A stretch of DNA of 64,000 nt, from the IMG/VR virus record IMGVR_UViG_3300029787_000005, positions 32,001 through 96,000 of that record; one strand, given 5' to 3'. Numbering within the stretch: the stretch's first letter is position 1; each line of letters begins with the position of its first letter. Below the pieces are notes generated by a model. That model did no database searches and had not been told where the DNA came from. It saw only the letters and a list, made by a program, of their open reading frames with translations. The stretch comes from a virus. Positions 18,241-29,248 of this stretch are shown here, piece by piece. A program made the translations under genes and the position numbers.

Positions 18241-18683
18241 CAGACACCTAAATCTTTCTCGGTCATTATCTTAAACTCCCATTTCCTATCTCTACAGTAA
18301 GCATAAGCAGCCTTCCACTTAGCTTCGTTTATACCGTATGTTTTTACTTCGTTAAGATATCTTCTACTTGGTCTTCCTGACTTTGTGTTATTCTTTTTCT
18401 TAGGATCTGGTGGTTTCGTTTGAGCTGCTGGCTTAACTTCAATAATTACACATCTTCCGTTCTTTTTCTTTATCCAGAAATCTGGATAGTATCTGTGTCT
18501 TTTACCATCTATTGGACTTTTGTATGGTATGCAAAACTCTTCACTAGCCCACTTAACGATGTCAGAATGTTCATCTAAATAGATCATAAGTTTGAGTTCC
18601 CACGAACTTCTATAAATAATGTTAGTGGGGTCTCCGTTATATTTATGTGGATTTGTTGGACGGAATTTGCCTTTATAACTCAT
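18240..18683 (-). CDS. gp4: Head completion protein gp4 (TnsA-like nuclease fold)
   Basis: YKGKFRPTNPHKY.GDP..IIYRSSWE, HRYYPDF, EVKP and NEAKW motifs. Confidence 0.93.
   Translation of the reverse strand: MSYKGKFRPTNPHKYNGDPTNIIYRSSWELKLMIYLDEHSDIVKWASEEFCIPYKSPIDGKRHRYYPDFWIKKKNGRCVIIEVKPAAQTKPPDPKKKNNTKSGRPSRRYLNEVKTYGINEAKWKAAYAYCRDRKWEFKIMTEKDLGV
18611..18618 (+). promoter_or_regulatory. T4-type late promoter for the baseplate operon
   Basis: TATAAATA about 78 nt upstream of the gp48 start. Confidence 0.55.
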
Positions 18684-18695
18684 AGGAATATTTAG

Positions 18696-19730
18696 ATGAC
18701 CAATATATTACAAGGAGCTGGAGGATCCAGAGACCCTGTTGGTGTTCAAAGTAGAGCCAGAACACAGAATCAATTGATGGCTGCAAAGAAAGCTGGCTTC
18801 TCCCAAACTGATCAAGGCTTCACATTCCCGTCAGACTTGTCTGCTGATTATTGTTTTCAAATGGCAATGGTTGAGTTTGAGTATGCTTCTAAGGGTCAAG
18901 GAGGTGCCACTAGTGGTGTCCCTGATCAAATTTCTGGTAGTGGTAATCAAACAGTTTTAAGAAAAGTAGGACGAAATTATTTTTTGCCTGTACCAACTAG
19001 TATGAAAGATACCCAAGGAGTTGATTACAGCACTATGGAACTTGGTGCAATTGGTGGTAAGCTAGCTGGAAAAGTAGATGAAATAGCTCAAAAATTAGGT
19101 GCTGCTACTACTGTGGAAGAGGCAGGAAGAATTTTAGGTAGAGCAGTTGGTGAAGGAGCAAAAACATTATCTAATGCTAAACCAGCAGACGCAATTGGAG
19201 CTGTACAATCTATAGTAGGAACCAACAATAGAGTTGGTGCCGTAGCTGGAGCAATACTTGGTCAAGTACCAAATCCTCATGTAACAGCTTTCTTCAAAGG
19301 AGTAAAACTAAAAAATTATACTTTTGATTGGCAACTATGGCCACAATCAGCTGAAGAGACTCTTACCATTGAGAAAATGATCAATTCTTTGAAATCAGAT
19401 ATATTACCAAAAACAGGAGATGGTTCTCTTGGATTAACTTTAAAATATCCTAAAGAAGCACATTGCCGTATCCATACACTAAATGGTAATCAAAGTCATA
19501 TAAATTTTAAACCTGCATTTGTTACAGATGTTAGTGTTGATTATACACCACAAGGACCTGCATTCTTAGAGAACGGACATCCTGCTGGTATAGGACTATC
19601 AATTAGCTTACAAGAAACTTCTATATGGTTGTCAACTGACTATCCTGATAATGGATTAAATTTAAGCGAAGGTGCAAGTAACGCAGCTAGGATTGTTAAG
19701 TCCCAAGGTTTACAAGGATCGGTGGGCTAA
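18696..19730 (+). CDS. gp48: Baseplate tail tube cap gp48
   Basis: FP.DL, LPVP, NPH...FKGV..K.Y.F.W.L.PQS.EE and VDYTP motifs. Confidence 0.8.
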   Translation: MTNILQGAGGSRDPVGVQSRARTQNQLMAAKKAGFSQTDQGFTFPSDLSADYCFQMAMVEFEYASKGQGGATSGVPDQISGSGNQTVLRKVGRNYFLPVPTSMKDTQGVDYSTMELGAIGGKLAGKVDEIAQKLGAATTVEEAGRILGRAVGEGAKTLSNAKPADAIGAVQSIVGTNNRVGAVAGAILGQVPNPHVTAFFKGVKLKNYTFDWQLWPQSAEETLTIEKMINSLKSDILPKTGDGSLGLTLKYPKEAHCRIHTLNGNQSHINFKPAFVTDVSVDYTPQGPAFLENGHPAGIGLSISLQETSIWLSTDYPDNGLNLSEGASNAARIVKSQGLQGSVG

Positions 19731-20242
19731 TGGCACTTAATAAACTTCCATTGACAACATTCCAGAATCAAACTATAAGAGATATCACAAAAGGATATAA
19801 ACTTATAGAGTTGATACCAAGTCAATTTGGATTGAACAATTATGAAATCCAAGATGGCGAAAGACCAGACACCGTATCATTCTTTGCATATGATGATTCA
19901 TCTCTATCTTGGTTGGTGTTATTACCAAACGTACAACTTGATCCATATTATGAGTGGCCTCTTTCTACAAGAGAGTTTGAAAAACATATGGAAGCAAAGT
20001 ATGGATCAGTAGCTACTAGCCAATCAACTATATTGTTCTATGAACATCAAACAAAAGATATTACTATATCAACAGATACATACAATCATGCAGGATTTTA
20101 TAGTGAAATAACAGCTGGAGACTTCACAGGAGTCTCTGCATATAGTTATTTTGAGAGAGTTAACGACAACAAAAGACACATAAAATTAGTACCACCAAGT
20201 ATGGTGAGTAGAGTTCTAACCCAATTGGATAGGTTATTTTAA
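19730..20242 (+). CDS. gp53: Baseplate wedge subunit gp53
   Basis: IQDGERPDTVS...Y, WLVLL.N...DPYYEWPL and KYG motifs. Confidence 0.85.
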   Translation: MALNKLPLTTFQNQTIRDITKGYKLIELIPSQFGLNNYEIQDGERPDTVSFFAYDDSSLSWLVLLPNVQLDPYYEWPLSTREFEKHMEAKYGSVATSQSTILFYEHQTKDITISTDTYNHAGFYSEITAGDFTGVSAYSYFERVNDNKRHIKLVPPSMVSRVLTQLDRLF

Positions 20243-20270
20243 TGTGGCCTTATACTGACGAAGAAGAAGA

Positions 20271-21608
20271 ATGGCTAAACTAGGTAATCTAGTTATTGAT
20301 AACTTACATCTTGTTACATTAAATAAAGATGGAAGTATTAAAGCTGGACCAGTAGAATTATTTACTAAGATTGTATCAGCAGTCTTGACCCAAAGTTTGT
20401 TTGAGAGTTCTATTACTCTCACGCTCACTATCAGTGAAGCTACAGGAATGCTAACAAGGTTCAATAAGAAAGGCATTCTTGGCCAAGAGTTTGTTATACT
20501 TACAGCTCGTAATGATCATGCAAACGATAGACCAATAAATCTTCAATTTTATGTACGATCAGCAAAAAATGCTGAGTTGTCTACACAAGGTCAAAGTGTT
20601 TTGATGACATTGGAATGTGTAACAAAAGAATCTTTAATAGATTCATACACTAGTGTTAATCAATCATTCAATAAAACATATTCTAAGACAGTAGAGTCTA
20701 TATGGGACAGATATATAACTAAAAGTCCAAAGCAAGAATTTTTTAAGAATACACCACTAACACCATTTGATAAAAGAACAATTGAAGTACATGATACACA
20801 ACAAGTTATAAACTCTTTTATTATACCAGGAAGAAGTCCTTTTGGTGCTATTGATATGTGTGGTAGAAGAGCTCATGATTTTACATTTGGTGGTAGTATG
20901 TTTTTATTTTATGAAACTATAAATGGATACTATTTTCACAATATTGAAAAGTTAATTAATGATCAAAATGAGTTATTAGAATCAGAACCACAGCTCAGAT
21001 CATATAGATGGAGTCCTTTGGATGATTCTAGTGAAGGTGTTATTGATGAAATAAAGAAAATTAGGTCACTAGATGAGTTAAAACTTCCTGATCAACACCT
21101 ATTGGGTGCAACAGGATCACTTAGAAACACTGCGAGAGCGCTTGATGTTGTGGGTAAGACTTATAGAGATGTTGCCTTTGACTACCAGGAAAAAACCAGA
21201 GGAGCATATCAACTTGTGGATCCTGCTGGTGATACTTTTATTGATGATGACTTTCATGATATGTTTGTGGAAGATACGTATGAGTTCCTAATAGTCAAAG
21301 ATACAACAAAGAGAAACCAATTTTATGAACACGTTGTCAGTCAACGTATGCCATTTGTACATCATTTAATGTCTCAACAATTGAATGTTACATTAACTGG
21401 TGACATTACATTAGTACCTGGTGAAATGGTTGATCTCCAAATACCAGAACAGTCTGCATACAAGGGTGACAAACAAACAGATGTACCTTCCAATAGACTT
21501 GGTGGTAGATGGATGATAGCATCTGTTAAACAAATATTTGATGCACAAGAAAGCCATACTACTGTACTATCTTGTATGAAAAATTCTGGTGTTCCAGGAG
21601 AAAAATAA
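20271..21608 (+). CDS. Baseplate hub protein, gp27-like
   Basis: Lies between gp53 and gp5; FLFYETINGYYF, GD..LVPG and GRWMIASV motifs. Confidence 0.6.
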   Translation: MAKLGNLVIDNLHLVTLNKDGSIKAGPVELFTKIVSAVLTQSLFESSITLTLTISEATGMLTRFNKKGILGQEFVILTARNDHANDRPINLQFYVRSAKNAELSTQGQSVLMTLECVTKESLIDSYTSVNQSFNKTYSKTVESIWDRYITKSPKQEFFKNTPLTPFDKRTIEVHDTQQVINSFIIPGRSPFGAIDMCGRRAHDFTFGGSMFLFYETINGYYFHNIEKLINDQNELLESEPQLRSYRWSPLDDSSEGVIDEIKKIRSLDELKLPDQHLLGATGSLRNTARALDVVGKTYRDVAFDYQEKTRGAYQLVDPAGDTFIDDDFHDMFVEDTYEFLIVKDTTKRNQFYEHVVSQRMPFVHHLMSQQLNVTLTGDITLVPGEMVDLQIPEQSAYKGDKQTDVPSNRLGGRWMIASVKQIFDAQESHTTVLSCMKNSGVPGEK

Positions 21609-23050
21609 TGTCATTAAACTCAGCTGAAGCATTGATTAATGTCCAACATTTTATTGGTGTTGTTGAAAATAGAAATGATCCATTGAATATTGGCCGTTGT
21701 CAAGTTAGAGTTTATGGTGTACACACTGAAGATAAAGTAGATATTCCAACAGCTGACTTGCCTTGGGCAATGCCAGTAATGCCATACAACAGTGCATCTA
21801 TAAGTGGAGTTGGTATAAGTCCAACGGGTCCTGTTGAAGGTACATGGGTGTTTGGTATGTTCATTGATGGTGTTGAATTACAACAACCAATCATACTTGG
21901 TACATTAGTAGGTATACCAAAAGAAAAGATTGCATCTAATCTTGGGTTTGGTGATCCAAGAGGAGTATATCCAAAAGAAAAATATCTTAGGCAAAGTGAT
22001 GTTAACAAGCTAGCTAGAGGTCCTATGGCTGAAGGTGAAGAGTCTTTAGCTGTAAAAAATAGAGATAGAGTCACTCAAATACCAACAGCAGTACCTCCTA
22101 TAGCAGAAACAGTTAGAAAACTAGATGGACCAAAGATTCCAACTAGTGATAAGCACAATGCTGGCAATCCAGGAGACTTTTACTATAGAAACCATTGGAA
22201 TGAACCATTTCCAAGATATGGTGGACAAGAAGATGGTGATACATGTTTCCTAGATGATACAAGCAATGGACAAATATGGGAAGGTAGGACTGGAGAGAAG
22301 CCACCTAATCAATCAGCATATCCATATAATCACACATATACATCTGAATCTGGTCATGTTATGGAGTATGATGACACACCAGGAAGTGAAAGAATTCATC
22401 AGTATCATACTAAAGGTAGTTTTTATGAGATACAACCAGATGGTTCAAGAGTTACAAAGATAGTTGGTGATGATTATGAAATGTTTCTTAAAGGAAAGAA
22501 TGTTGTAGTTGATGGCAACATGAACCTCACTGTAAGAGGTGATGTAAGATTACTTGTTGAGAAGAATATGTATCAAGAAGTCAGGGGTGATTATCATCTT
22601 CGTGTTGATGGAGATATGGTTACCAAGATCAGAGGTAATGAACAAAAAGAAATTCAAACAAGTAAATCAACACAGATCAATGAGAATAGAAGTTTGAGAA
22701 TTGGTGGTAATGAGGACAGTACTATCGATGGTAGTACCAGAGAAAAGTTCAAAGGTGACATGTATCAAGTATACTCAAACAATGTTACAATGACAATCAA
22801 AGGCTTTGAGAGACATCTTATCACTAATGGATCGTTTACAATGTATACAAGTGGTAACACAAACATTATGACTGATTCAAACTTTACTGTTAAGACTACT
22901 TCTAATGTTAACATTCATACAGAAGATAATCTAAACATGGATGCTACTTCTAATGTTACTATTGATACTCCAGCACAGTTTCTTGTAGGTACAAGCACTA
23001 CCCCAGCTAACACATTTATTAAATCAACCAGGATTGATCTAAATGAATAA
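21608..23050 (+). CDS. gp5: Baseplate hub/spike gp5 (OB fold plus beta-helix, no lysozyme domain)
   Basis: GVVENRNDPLNIGRCQVRVYGVH, LPWA, YPYNH..TSESGHVMEYDDTPG.ERI and a C-terminal beta-helix. Probable start 21608 (ORF track 21572). Confidence 0.9.
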   Translation: MSLNSAEALINVQHFIGVVENRNDPLNIGRCQVRVYGVHTEDKVDIPTADLPWAMPVMPYNSASISGVGISPTGPVEGTWVFGMFIDGVELQQPIILGTLVGIPKEKIASNLGFGDPRGVYPKEKYLRQSDVNKLARGPMAEGEESLAVKNRDRVTQIPTAVPPIAETVRKLDGPKIPTSDKHNAGNPGDFYYRNHWNEPFPRYGGQEDGDTCFLDDTSNGQIWEGRTGEKPPNQSAYPYNHTYTSESGHVMEYDDTPGSERIHQYHTKGSFYEIQPDGSRVTKIVGDDYEMFLKGKNVVVDGNMNLTVRGDVRLLVEKNMYQEVRGDYHLRVDGDMVTKIRGNEQKEIQTSKSTQINENRSLRIGGNEDSTIDGSTREKFKGDMYQVYSNNVTMTIKGFERHLITNGSFTMYTSGNTNIMTDSNFTVKTTSNVNIHTEDNLNMDATSNVTIDTPAQFLVGTSTTPANTFIKSTRIDLNE

Positions 23051-24341
23051 TTTAGATATAACACAATTTACAACTGCACTACAGAATAGTGGTATTGATA
23101 CTAAGCTAATATCTATCACTGAACAAGTTGCTACAGAACTGAGTACTATCCTCGATACGGATATTGCAGCTAGTACTCCAAGTAGTCTTAAATCAATACT
23201 ACAAGCATCAACTGATGCTATTGCTGATGTAACTAACACATTGCATGAAGCTACTGAAGCATTGAAACCAGACCTAACAAGCCTACAAGAAGAGATGGGT
23301 AAAGTACTATCTGGTAGTGTTCCTCCAAACAGTCTTCAAGGATTGCTTGATAGCGTAGCAAATGATATAGCAATACCTTCTATTGAATCATTACAAGACA
23401 GTTTAGGTAGTGCTATCAACGCTCCACAGTTAACAGGACTTGAAGCATTTGCAAATGAAATACAAGGAACAGTTGCTGGTAGTGAATGGACAGATCCTAC
23501 CGGTGCATTAAGAAGAAGGTTTACAGAAACAACAGAAGCTGCTTCTGCTACTGCATTTGATCCTGGTACATTGATACCCAACTTTAAGTTCAAGACAGAG
23601 CCTACCTTTGATGAGGATGGTGTTCAAAATGGTGAAAGGCTAGTAGCATTCAAATTTGGTAATGCTGCTGTGCAACCTATTAAAGATGCATTGTCTGAAG
23701 TTATTCCAGAGCCTTATGAAGTAGAAGCAATGGCTGCTACAATAAAGAATGAGTTGTTAGAAGATAAAGGAGTATCTATAGCTACCCTAGGTCCTGTTAT
23801 AAATAAATTTAAGGAAAGGCTTGCAACTGAAGTTAAGTTTGATCCTTCTACTGGAGAGAACTTTGTCTTTCAAAAAACTATTGATGAAGATGGAGCTGAG
23901 ATATTGATACCATTTGGCTTTGCTTCAAAAGAAGATTGGGAAGAGTCATTTAAGCAAGGTCGTGCTGCAGCACAAGGTATGATGCAAGTTAATGCTGGAG
24001 CATTGAAGAAGTTCATTGGTGAAAATACTGAAGTTGCACAAGATACATTTAAAAGATTAAGTGAGATTGATATTACAATACCAACCTCAGAAAATATATC
24101 TGAAGGTGCAATTAATGAATTTGCTAAAGATCCAACTACAGGTCTTGCAGTAAATTTTGATAATATAATGAATGCTTTTGGTCCAACTATTGAGTCAGCT
24201 AAGAAAGCTGCTCCTGGAGTGGAAGCTAACTTAAAAGAATTAGATAGTAACTTTAAAAACTTTTTTACTCAATTGGGTAAAGAATTACCACCAGGGCAAA
24301 AACCAGAGCCTTTTGTTGATCCTGAGGAGGGCGCAGAGTGA
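23043..24341 (+). CDS. Hypothetical acidic protein in the baseplate operon
   Basis: 432-aa ORF overlapping gp5 and gp25; no recognisable motif. Confidence 0.6.
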   Translation: MNNLDITQFTTALQNSGIDTKLISITEQVATELSTILDTDIAASTPSSLKSILQASTDAIADVTNTLHEATEALKPDLTSLQEEMGKVLSGSVPPNSLQGLLDSVANDIAIPSIESLQDSLGSAINAPQLTGLEAFANEIQGTVAGSEWTDPTGALRRRFTETTEAASATAFDPGTLIPNFKFKTEPTFDEDGVQNGERLVAFKFGNAAVQPIKDALSEVIPEPYEVEAMAATIKNELLEDKGVSIATLGPVINKFKERLATEVKFDPSTGENFVFQKTIDEDGAEILIPFGFASKEDWEESFKQGRAAAQGMMQVNAGALKKFIGENTEVAQDTFKRLSEIDITIPTSENISEGAINEFAKDPTTGLAVNFDNIMNAFGPTIESAKKAAPGVEANLKELDSNFKNFFTQLGKELPPGQKPEPFVDPEEGAE

Positions 24342-24760
24342 GTAAAGTAGCAGTAGTAACACAAAATAGAGCTGCAACAACTACTGTATATTCAGACTTT
24401 TTTACTGACTTTACAAGGAATGCTGTCACAGGTCAATTGAATAAAAAAACTAATGCTGAAGCAGTAAAGCAATCTGTAAGAAATTTATTGTTGACAGATA
24501 AACTTGAAAGAGTTTTTCAACCTAATGTTGGTGGTGGTTTGAAAGCATTATTGTTTGAAAATGCTACACCATTCACACAAATGCAAGTACAAGCATATAT
24601 TAATGAAACAATAACAAACTTTGAGCCAAGAGCTGAGTTAATATCAACAGAGCTTGAGTTTATCAACGATAAACATGAAGCTAGAATAACAATTACTTTT
24701 GCTATTATAAATATTGAAGACCCAGTTACTTTTACTTTAGGCCTAGAAAGGACTAGATAA
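24338..24760 (+). CDS. gp25: Baseplate wedge subunit gp25
   Basis: YSDF, AVKQSVRNLLLT...ER.FQP..G and FEPRA motifs. Confidence 0.9.
   Translation: MSKVAVVTQNRAATTTVYSDFFTDFTRNAVTGQLNKKTNAEAVKQSVRNLLLTDKLERVFQPNVGGGLKALLFENATPFTQMQVQAYINETITNFEPRAELISTELEFINDKHEARITITFAIINIEDPVTFTLGLERTR
24706..24713 (+). promoter_or_regulatory. T4-type late promoter upstream of gp6
   Basis: Exact TATAAATA. Confidence 0.5.
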
Positions 24761-26577
24761 TGGCTACGACCAATACAGAATTCTCGGTCGCCAATTTGGA
24801 CTTTAGCACAATTAAGTCTAACCTAATCACGTTCATGCAAGGCCAAGATGTTTTTGCTGATTATGACTTCACAGGTTCAAACTTAAATGTATTGATGGAT
24901 CTGTTAGCATACAACACATACTATAATGGAATCTATCTTAATCACGTTGCAACAGAGATGTTTCTTGATAGTGCACAGTTGAGAGACAGTGTTTATTCTA
25001 TATCTAAATCATTAAACTATCTTCCAAGATCCCATAGATCATCTGTTGCATATGTTAACATTAATGTCAACCCATCAAGCAATCCACATCAGATTACTAT
25101 TCCAAGACTTACAAAGCTAACATCTACTATTGGTGACAATACATATACATTCTCAACCAACTCAGATATAATTGTATATTCAAATAACAGCTATCTTGCT
25201 TCTAATGTTGCAATATATGAAGGTGATCTTGTTCAAGAGGCATTCTTAGTTACAAATACATCACCTAATACTTCTTCATTCTATATTAACAACTCAGATA
25301 TTGACTTAACTAGTCTTGCAGTTAAGATACGAACATCTAATACTGATAGTACTAATAGTGAGTACACAAGAGCAAATTCATTATTTGGATTGACAGCTAC
25401 AAGTAATGTATACTTTGTTGAACCATCAACAAATGGTAGTTATACTATTGTTCTTGGAAATGGAACATTTGGTAGACAGCCTTCTAATAATAACTTGTTG
25501 GAGATATCCTACAGAAGATCAAACGGAGAAGAACCAAATGGAGCTAATAGTTTTTCTGCTGATAGTATCGCTGGCCACAGCGCTGCTATTTCGTTGGTAA
25601 CAAGAGCAACTGGAGGTTCTGGTTCTCAAAACTTAGATGACATTAGATTTTCAGCACCAAGAGCATTAGCTGTTCAAGAGAGAGCTGTTACAAAAGAAGA
25701 TTATAAGACATTAGTTGTTAATGAGTTCAATGATATATCATCTTTGAATGTGTATGATGGTGCAGATGAACCTGTACCTCAAATGGGTGTTGTTAAGTTA
25801 GCAATACGAAGTGATTCATTTGATGTTCTTCCAACAACATTGAAGACACAGATAACTAACTTCTTGAAGGATAAGACACCTATTGGTATTAGAACAGATA
25901 TAGTTGATCCTACATTCATCAATATTGATGTACATGCAGACGTTAAGTACAATAGAAATGCAACAGACGATAACGTAGCTACTATTCAAACAGCTGTAGA
26001 AACAACAATTGATACATTCAATAGCGATAACTTAGATGACTTCTTTAAAACATTTAGAAAAAGTAAATTGATTGAAAAGATTAATGAAACCAAAACATCT
26101 ATTCTAAGTTGTGATGTTACTGTTAGAATGATGAAGCTAATCAGTCCTCAAGCAAACGTTGCGTTTGATGAAACATTAATATACAATCAACCATTCAAAA
26201 GAGACAATCCAGTGGAACCTGTTGATCAAGGTGAGTTTGTATCCTTTTCTACTCCATCTGTTGAATCTGAACCATTTGTATTCCAAAATATTACTGGTGC
26301 ATCAATAAGAGATAATGGTGCAGGAGCTTTGCAAGTTGTCACAGCTAACTTATCAAGCATAGAAGTATTGAGTTCAAATGTTGGTACTGTTGACTATGAT
26401 TTAGGACAAATTGTAGTATCTAACTTGATCATAAATTCTTATTCATCTGGTGCATCATCTGGCACATTGAAGATATTTGCAAGACCTAAAGATCAAGACA
26501 TTGAAGGAAAACGAAACGATGTGATCAGGATTAGAACAAATGAGACTAACGTGACCGTCATTGAATTAAGAGAATAG
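24760..26577 (+). CDS. gp6: Baseplate wedge subunit gp6
   Basis: LDFSTIK.NL, DYDFTGS.L..L.D.LAYNTYY, FLDSAQLR, RAVTKEDY and GTVDY motifs. Confidence 0.93.
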   Translation: MATTNTEFSVANLDFSTIKSNLITFMQGQDVFADYDFTGSNLNVLMDLLAYNTYYNGIYLNHVATEMFLDSAQLRDSVYSISKSLNYLPRSHRSSVAYVNINVNPSSNPHQITIPRLTKLTSTIGDNTYTFSTNSDIIVYSNNSYLASNVAIYEGDLVQEAFLVTNTSPNTSSFYINNSDIDLTSLAVKIRTSNTDSTNSEYTRANSLFGLTATSNVYFVEPSTNGSYTIVLGNGTFGRQPSNNNLLEISYRRSNGEEPNGANSFSADSIAGHSAAISLVTRATGGSGSQNLDDIRFSAPRALAVQERAVTKEDYKTLVVNEFNDISSLNVYDGADEPVPQMGVVKLAIRSDSFDVLPTTLKTQITNFLKDKTPIGIRTDIVDPTFINIDVHADVKYNRNATDDNVATIQTAVETTIDTFNSDNLDDFFKTFRKSKLIEKINETKTSILSCDVTVRMMKLISPQANVAFDETLIYNQPFKRDNPVEPVDQGEFVSFSTPSVESEPFVFQNITGASIRDNGAGALQVVTANLSSIEVLSSNVGTVDYDLGQIVVSNLIINSYSSGASSGTLKIFARPKDQDIEGKRNDVIRIRTNETNVTVIELRE

Positions 26578-26578
26578 T

Positions 26579-29245
26579 ATGTCAGTGCTCAACACAGTTC
26601 AGGATAAGATATCTCCTCTAATACAAGAGCAGTTCCCAGACGTCTATAAAGAAGATGGGAATCTTATGACTTTGTTTGTCAAAGCATACTATGAATTCCT
26701 TGAGCAATCAGACAAACCATTAGGTCAATCAAGAGATCTTGCTTCTCAACTAGATGTTGATCAAACAACAACAGAGTTTTTGAACCACTTCAGAGAAACA
26801 TATCTGTTTAGTATTCCAATGACAATGACTGTGGATGCTCCATATGTTATTAAACATATACTTGATTTGTATAGATCAAAAGGATCTAAGAGAGCTCTTG
26901 AGTTATTTTTCAAGTTGATATATGGTAAAAATGCTGATCTTTATATTCCAAATGAACATCTAGCTAAAGCATCTGATGCCACATTTGTTACACCAAGATA
27001 TATTGAAATCTTTGCTGACTCTACAGTAATACAAGCATTCTTAGGAAACAAAATAGAAGGTCAGCTATCTGGTGCAACAGCTTTTGTTACTTCTATTGTT
27101 GATACTAGTGTACAAGGAAAAGCATTACAGATTGTTTACCTTGAGAATCTTGTTGGTGAATTCATAAGGAATGAGTTGGTTTTTGATCCAACTGGTGTGC
27201 ACTTTGCACGAACAAATGGTTCTCTTTCTGCTGTCAACATAACAGATGGTGGTAACAGTTATACTGTTGGTCAAGAACTTACAGTTAAATCACAAGCTAA
27301 CACATCTACTGTTGGTGAGATAAGAGTTACTGCAGTTGCAGATGGTACTGGTGTTCCTGAATTAGTATTACAAGTTGGTGGATCTGGTTACAGTGCTAAT
27401 GTTGCATTGTCCAATGTTATTGTAAGTAACACAATACTACAAGTAAATAACATATCCAATACCTATACAAATCCATACGGTGGTGCTAATACTACACCAG
27501 CAAACACGTTTCAGATATTTGAAAATGTATTTGCTCCAAGAGTTGAAGTAACTTATACTTCTGAAGATAATATATTTGCTTCTACAGCTAACACCTCAAG
27601 TTATGTACAAGGAATTAATTCTACAGCTGGTGTTATAGCTAATGGACATATTGCAATTAATGATGCTGCTGCTGGAGCAACTAATGGTACGTTGTTAATA
27701 TATGAAACATCTGGATCGTTTGCAGCAGACAATGGTGTTGTTAAACTAAGATTTGGTGGTGATGCTGATGTAAACTCTGACTTTGGTGCATTTACAAATG
27801 TATATTCAACAGGTAGATTCATAGGTAAAAGAGCAAACAATATAGGAATAACCGACAACAATATGGTGTTTCCTGTAGAACCTCAAGGATTCATCAAAGG
27901 TGAAGTAACAAATACATATGCTGATATTGTTGCAAATAGATCAGGACTTAATGCAAATGTGTTGATCAATGCAGTTGGTAATGCTGTAGCCACAAATGTT
28001 TACACTGACATGATTGAGTTTACTAACTCTGGTAATGTACTTTCATTAGATATAATAATAAGTGGTTCAAATAGTAATGTTGCTGCTGCTGGTTATGGGT
28101 TCTCTAAAGATACATCTGCCGGTATTGATAATGTTATTGACAAAGCATTAAGATTTGAAACTAGTGAACTACTAGGTGAGGTGACATCATTTACAGTTGT
28201 TAGTAGTGGTAATTCATTTACTGCTGATCCTATAGTGATGGCTCAAAATAGATTTGTAGATAGTTTCTTTCAAAAAGACTTAGAGATAACATATCTGAAT
28301 AGAGCTGGTGACACTCCTGCTGTAGGTGATATGTATCGTCAATACTTTGCTCATGATACAAGAACATTAACATTTTCAACTAACACAGCTAATCAATTCT
28401 CTGTTGGTGAAGGTCTCAAACAAGTTATCAATAGTAGTACAAATACATTCATGCAAATAAGATCAATTACCAATACAACACATATGGTAGTTGGTGGATT
28501 GTATACATCAAATACAACAGCTGGTGCTGAGAGATTGATTGGTGATAATGCAACAATCAATGCAACTATAAACATAACTGGATTGTTATCTGGTGCAACT
28601 ATAAACACTATAACAGCATCATCTAACACTAGTGAAAACACAGTTGCTGTTGGTAAAGTATTAGAATCTAATACATCAAACAACTACTTGAAGATGAGAA
28701 TGCATTCTATTGAACATGATTTCAAAGTATCTGATGTTACCTCAGAGAGATTACAGTCAAACAATAATAACAAATCATTCCAGATCAATACTATAGATGA
28801 AGATACAAACAATTACAACAGGTTTGTTAAAGCTGGTGTCAATGCAAATACGTTTGCTAATGTTACCATTGGTCAAGGATTGATACAACAGGCAGAAGTT
28901 GTAACATCAGGTTTAGGATTCAAAGACGGGGAAATATTAGACTTTACATTAGGATCAAATGCACAAGCAGTTGTTGGAACAGCTGTTGCCAATGGCACAG
29001 GTATTGGTGTAGGGTATGTTAAGCTCGATAGTGGTGTACTTGGAGAAGAGTTTTTCCTCCATGATAACAACTTCTTCCAACAGTTCTCATACGAGGTGTT
29101 GTCTGAGTTTGAACTAAATAAGTATGAAAGAATTCTTAAAGAAGTAATCCATACAGCTGGATACAAACTATTTGGTCGGCCTGTTGTAGAGTCGTTCAAC
29201 AATACAGCAATCTCAGTTGCTAATTCAGCTGTAAGTCAGGCGTAG
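26579..29245 (+). CDS. gp7: Baseplate wedge initiator gp7-like
   Basis: QFP...ED, YYEFLE, Y.SKGS..AL..FFK..YG, and C-terminal D..FFQQFSYE...H.AG..LFG motifs. Confidence 0.75.
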   Translation: MSVLNTVQDKISPLIQEQFPDVYKEDGNLMTLFVKAYYEFLEQSDKPLGQSRDLASQLDVDQTTTEFLNHFRETYLFSIPMTMTVDAPYVIKHILDLYRSKGSKRALELFFKLIYGKNADLYIPNEHLAKASDATFVTPRYIEIFADSTVIQAFLGNKIEGQLSGATAFVTSIVDTSVQGKALQIVYLENLVGEFIRNELVFDPTGVHFARTNGSLSAVNITDGGNSYTVGQELTVKSQANTSTVGEIRVTAVADGTGVPELVLQVGGSGYSANVALSNVIVSNTILQVNNISNTYTNPYGGANTTPANTFQIFENVFAPRVEVTYTSEDNIFASTANTSSYVQGINSTAGVIANGHIAINDAAAGATNGTLLIYETSGSFAADNGVVKLRFGGDADVNSDFGAFTNVYSTGRFIGKRANNIGITDNNMVFPVEPQGFIKGEVTNTYADIVANRSGLNANVLINAVGNAVATNVYTDMIEFTNSGNVLSLDIIISGSNSNVAAAGYGFSKDTSAGIDNVIDKALRFETSELLGEVTSFTVVSSGNSFTADPIVMAQNRFVDSFFQKDLEITYLNRAGDTPAVGDMYRQYFAHDTRTLTFSTNTANQFSVGEGLKQVINSSTNTFMQIRSITNTTHMVVGGLYTSNTTAGAERLIGDNATINATINITGLLSGATINTITASSNTSENTVAVGKVLESNTSNNYLKMRMHSIEHDFKVSDVTSERLQSNNNNKSFQINTIDEDTNNYNRFVKAGVNANTFANVTIGQGLIQQAEVVTSGLGFKDGEILDFTLGSNAQAVVGTAVANGTGIGVGYVKLDSGVLGEEFFLHDNNFFQQFSYEVLSEFELNKYERILKEVIHTAGYKLFGRPVVESFNNTAISVANSAVSQA

Positions 29246-29248
29246 GGT

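Noticed and set aside
18240-18683. TnsA-like transposase or homing endonuclease suggesting a mobile element
   Set aside because: Motifs and position match the core T4 gene gp4; there are no other transposon genes or terminal repeats.
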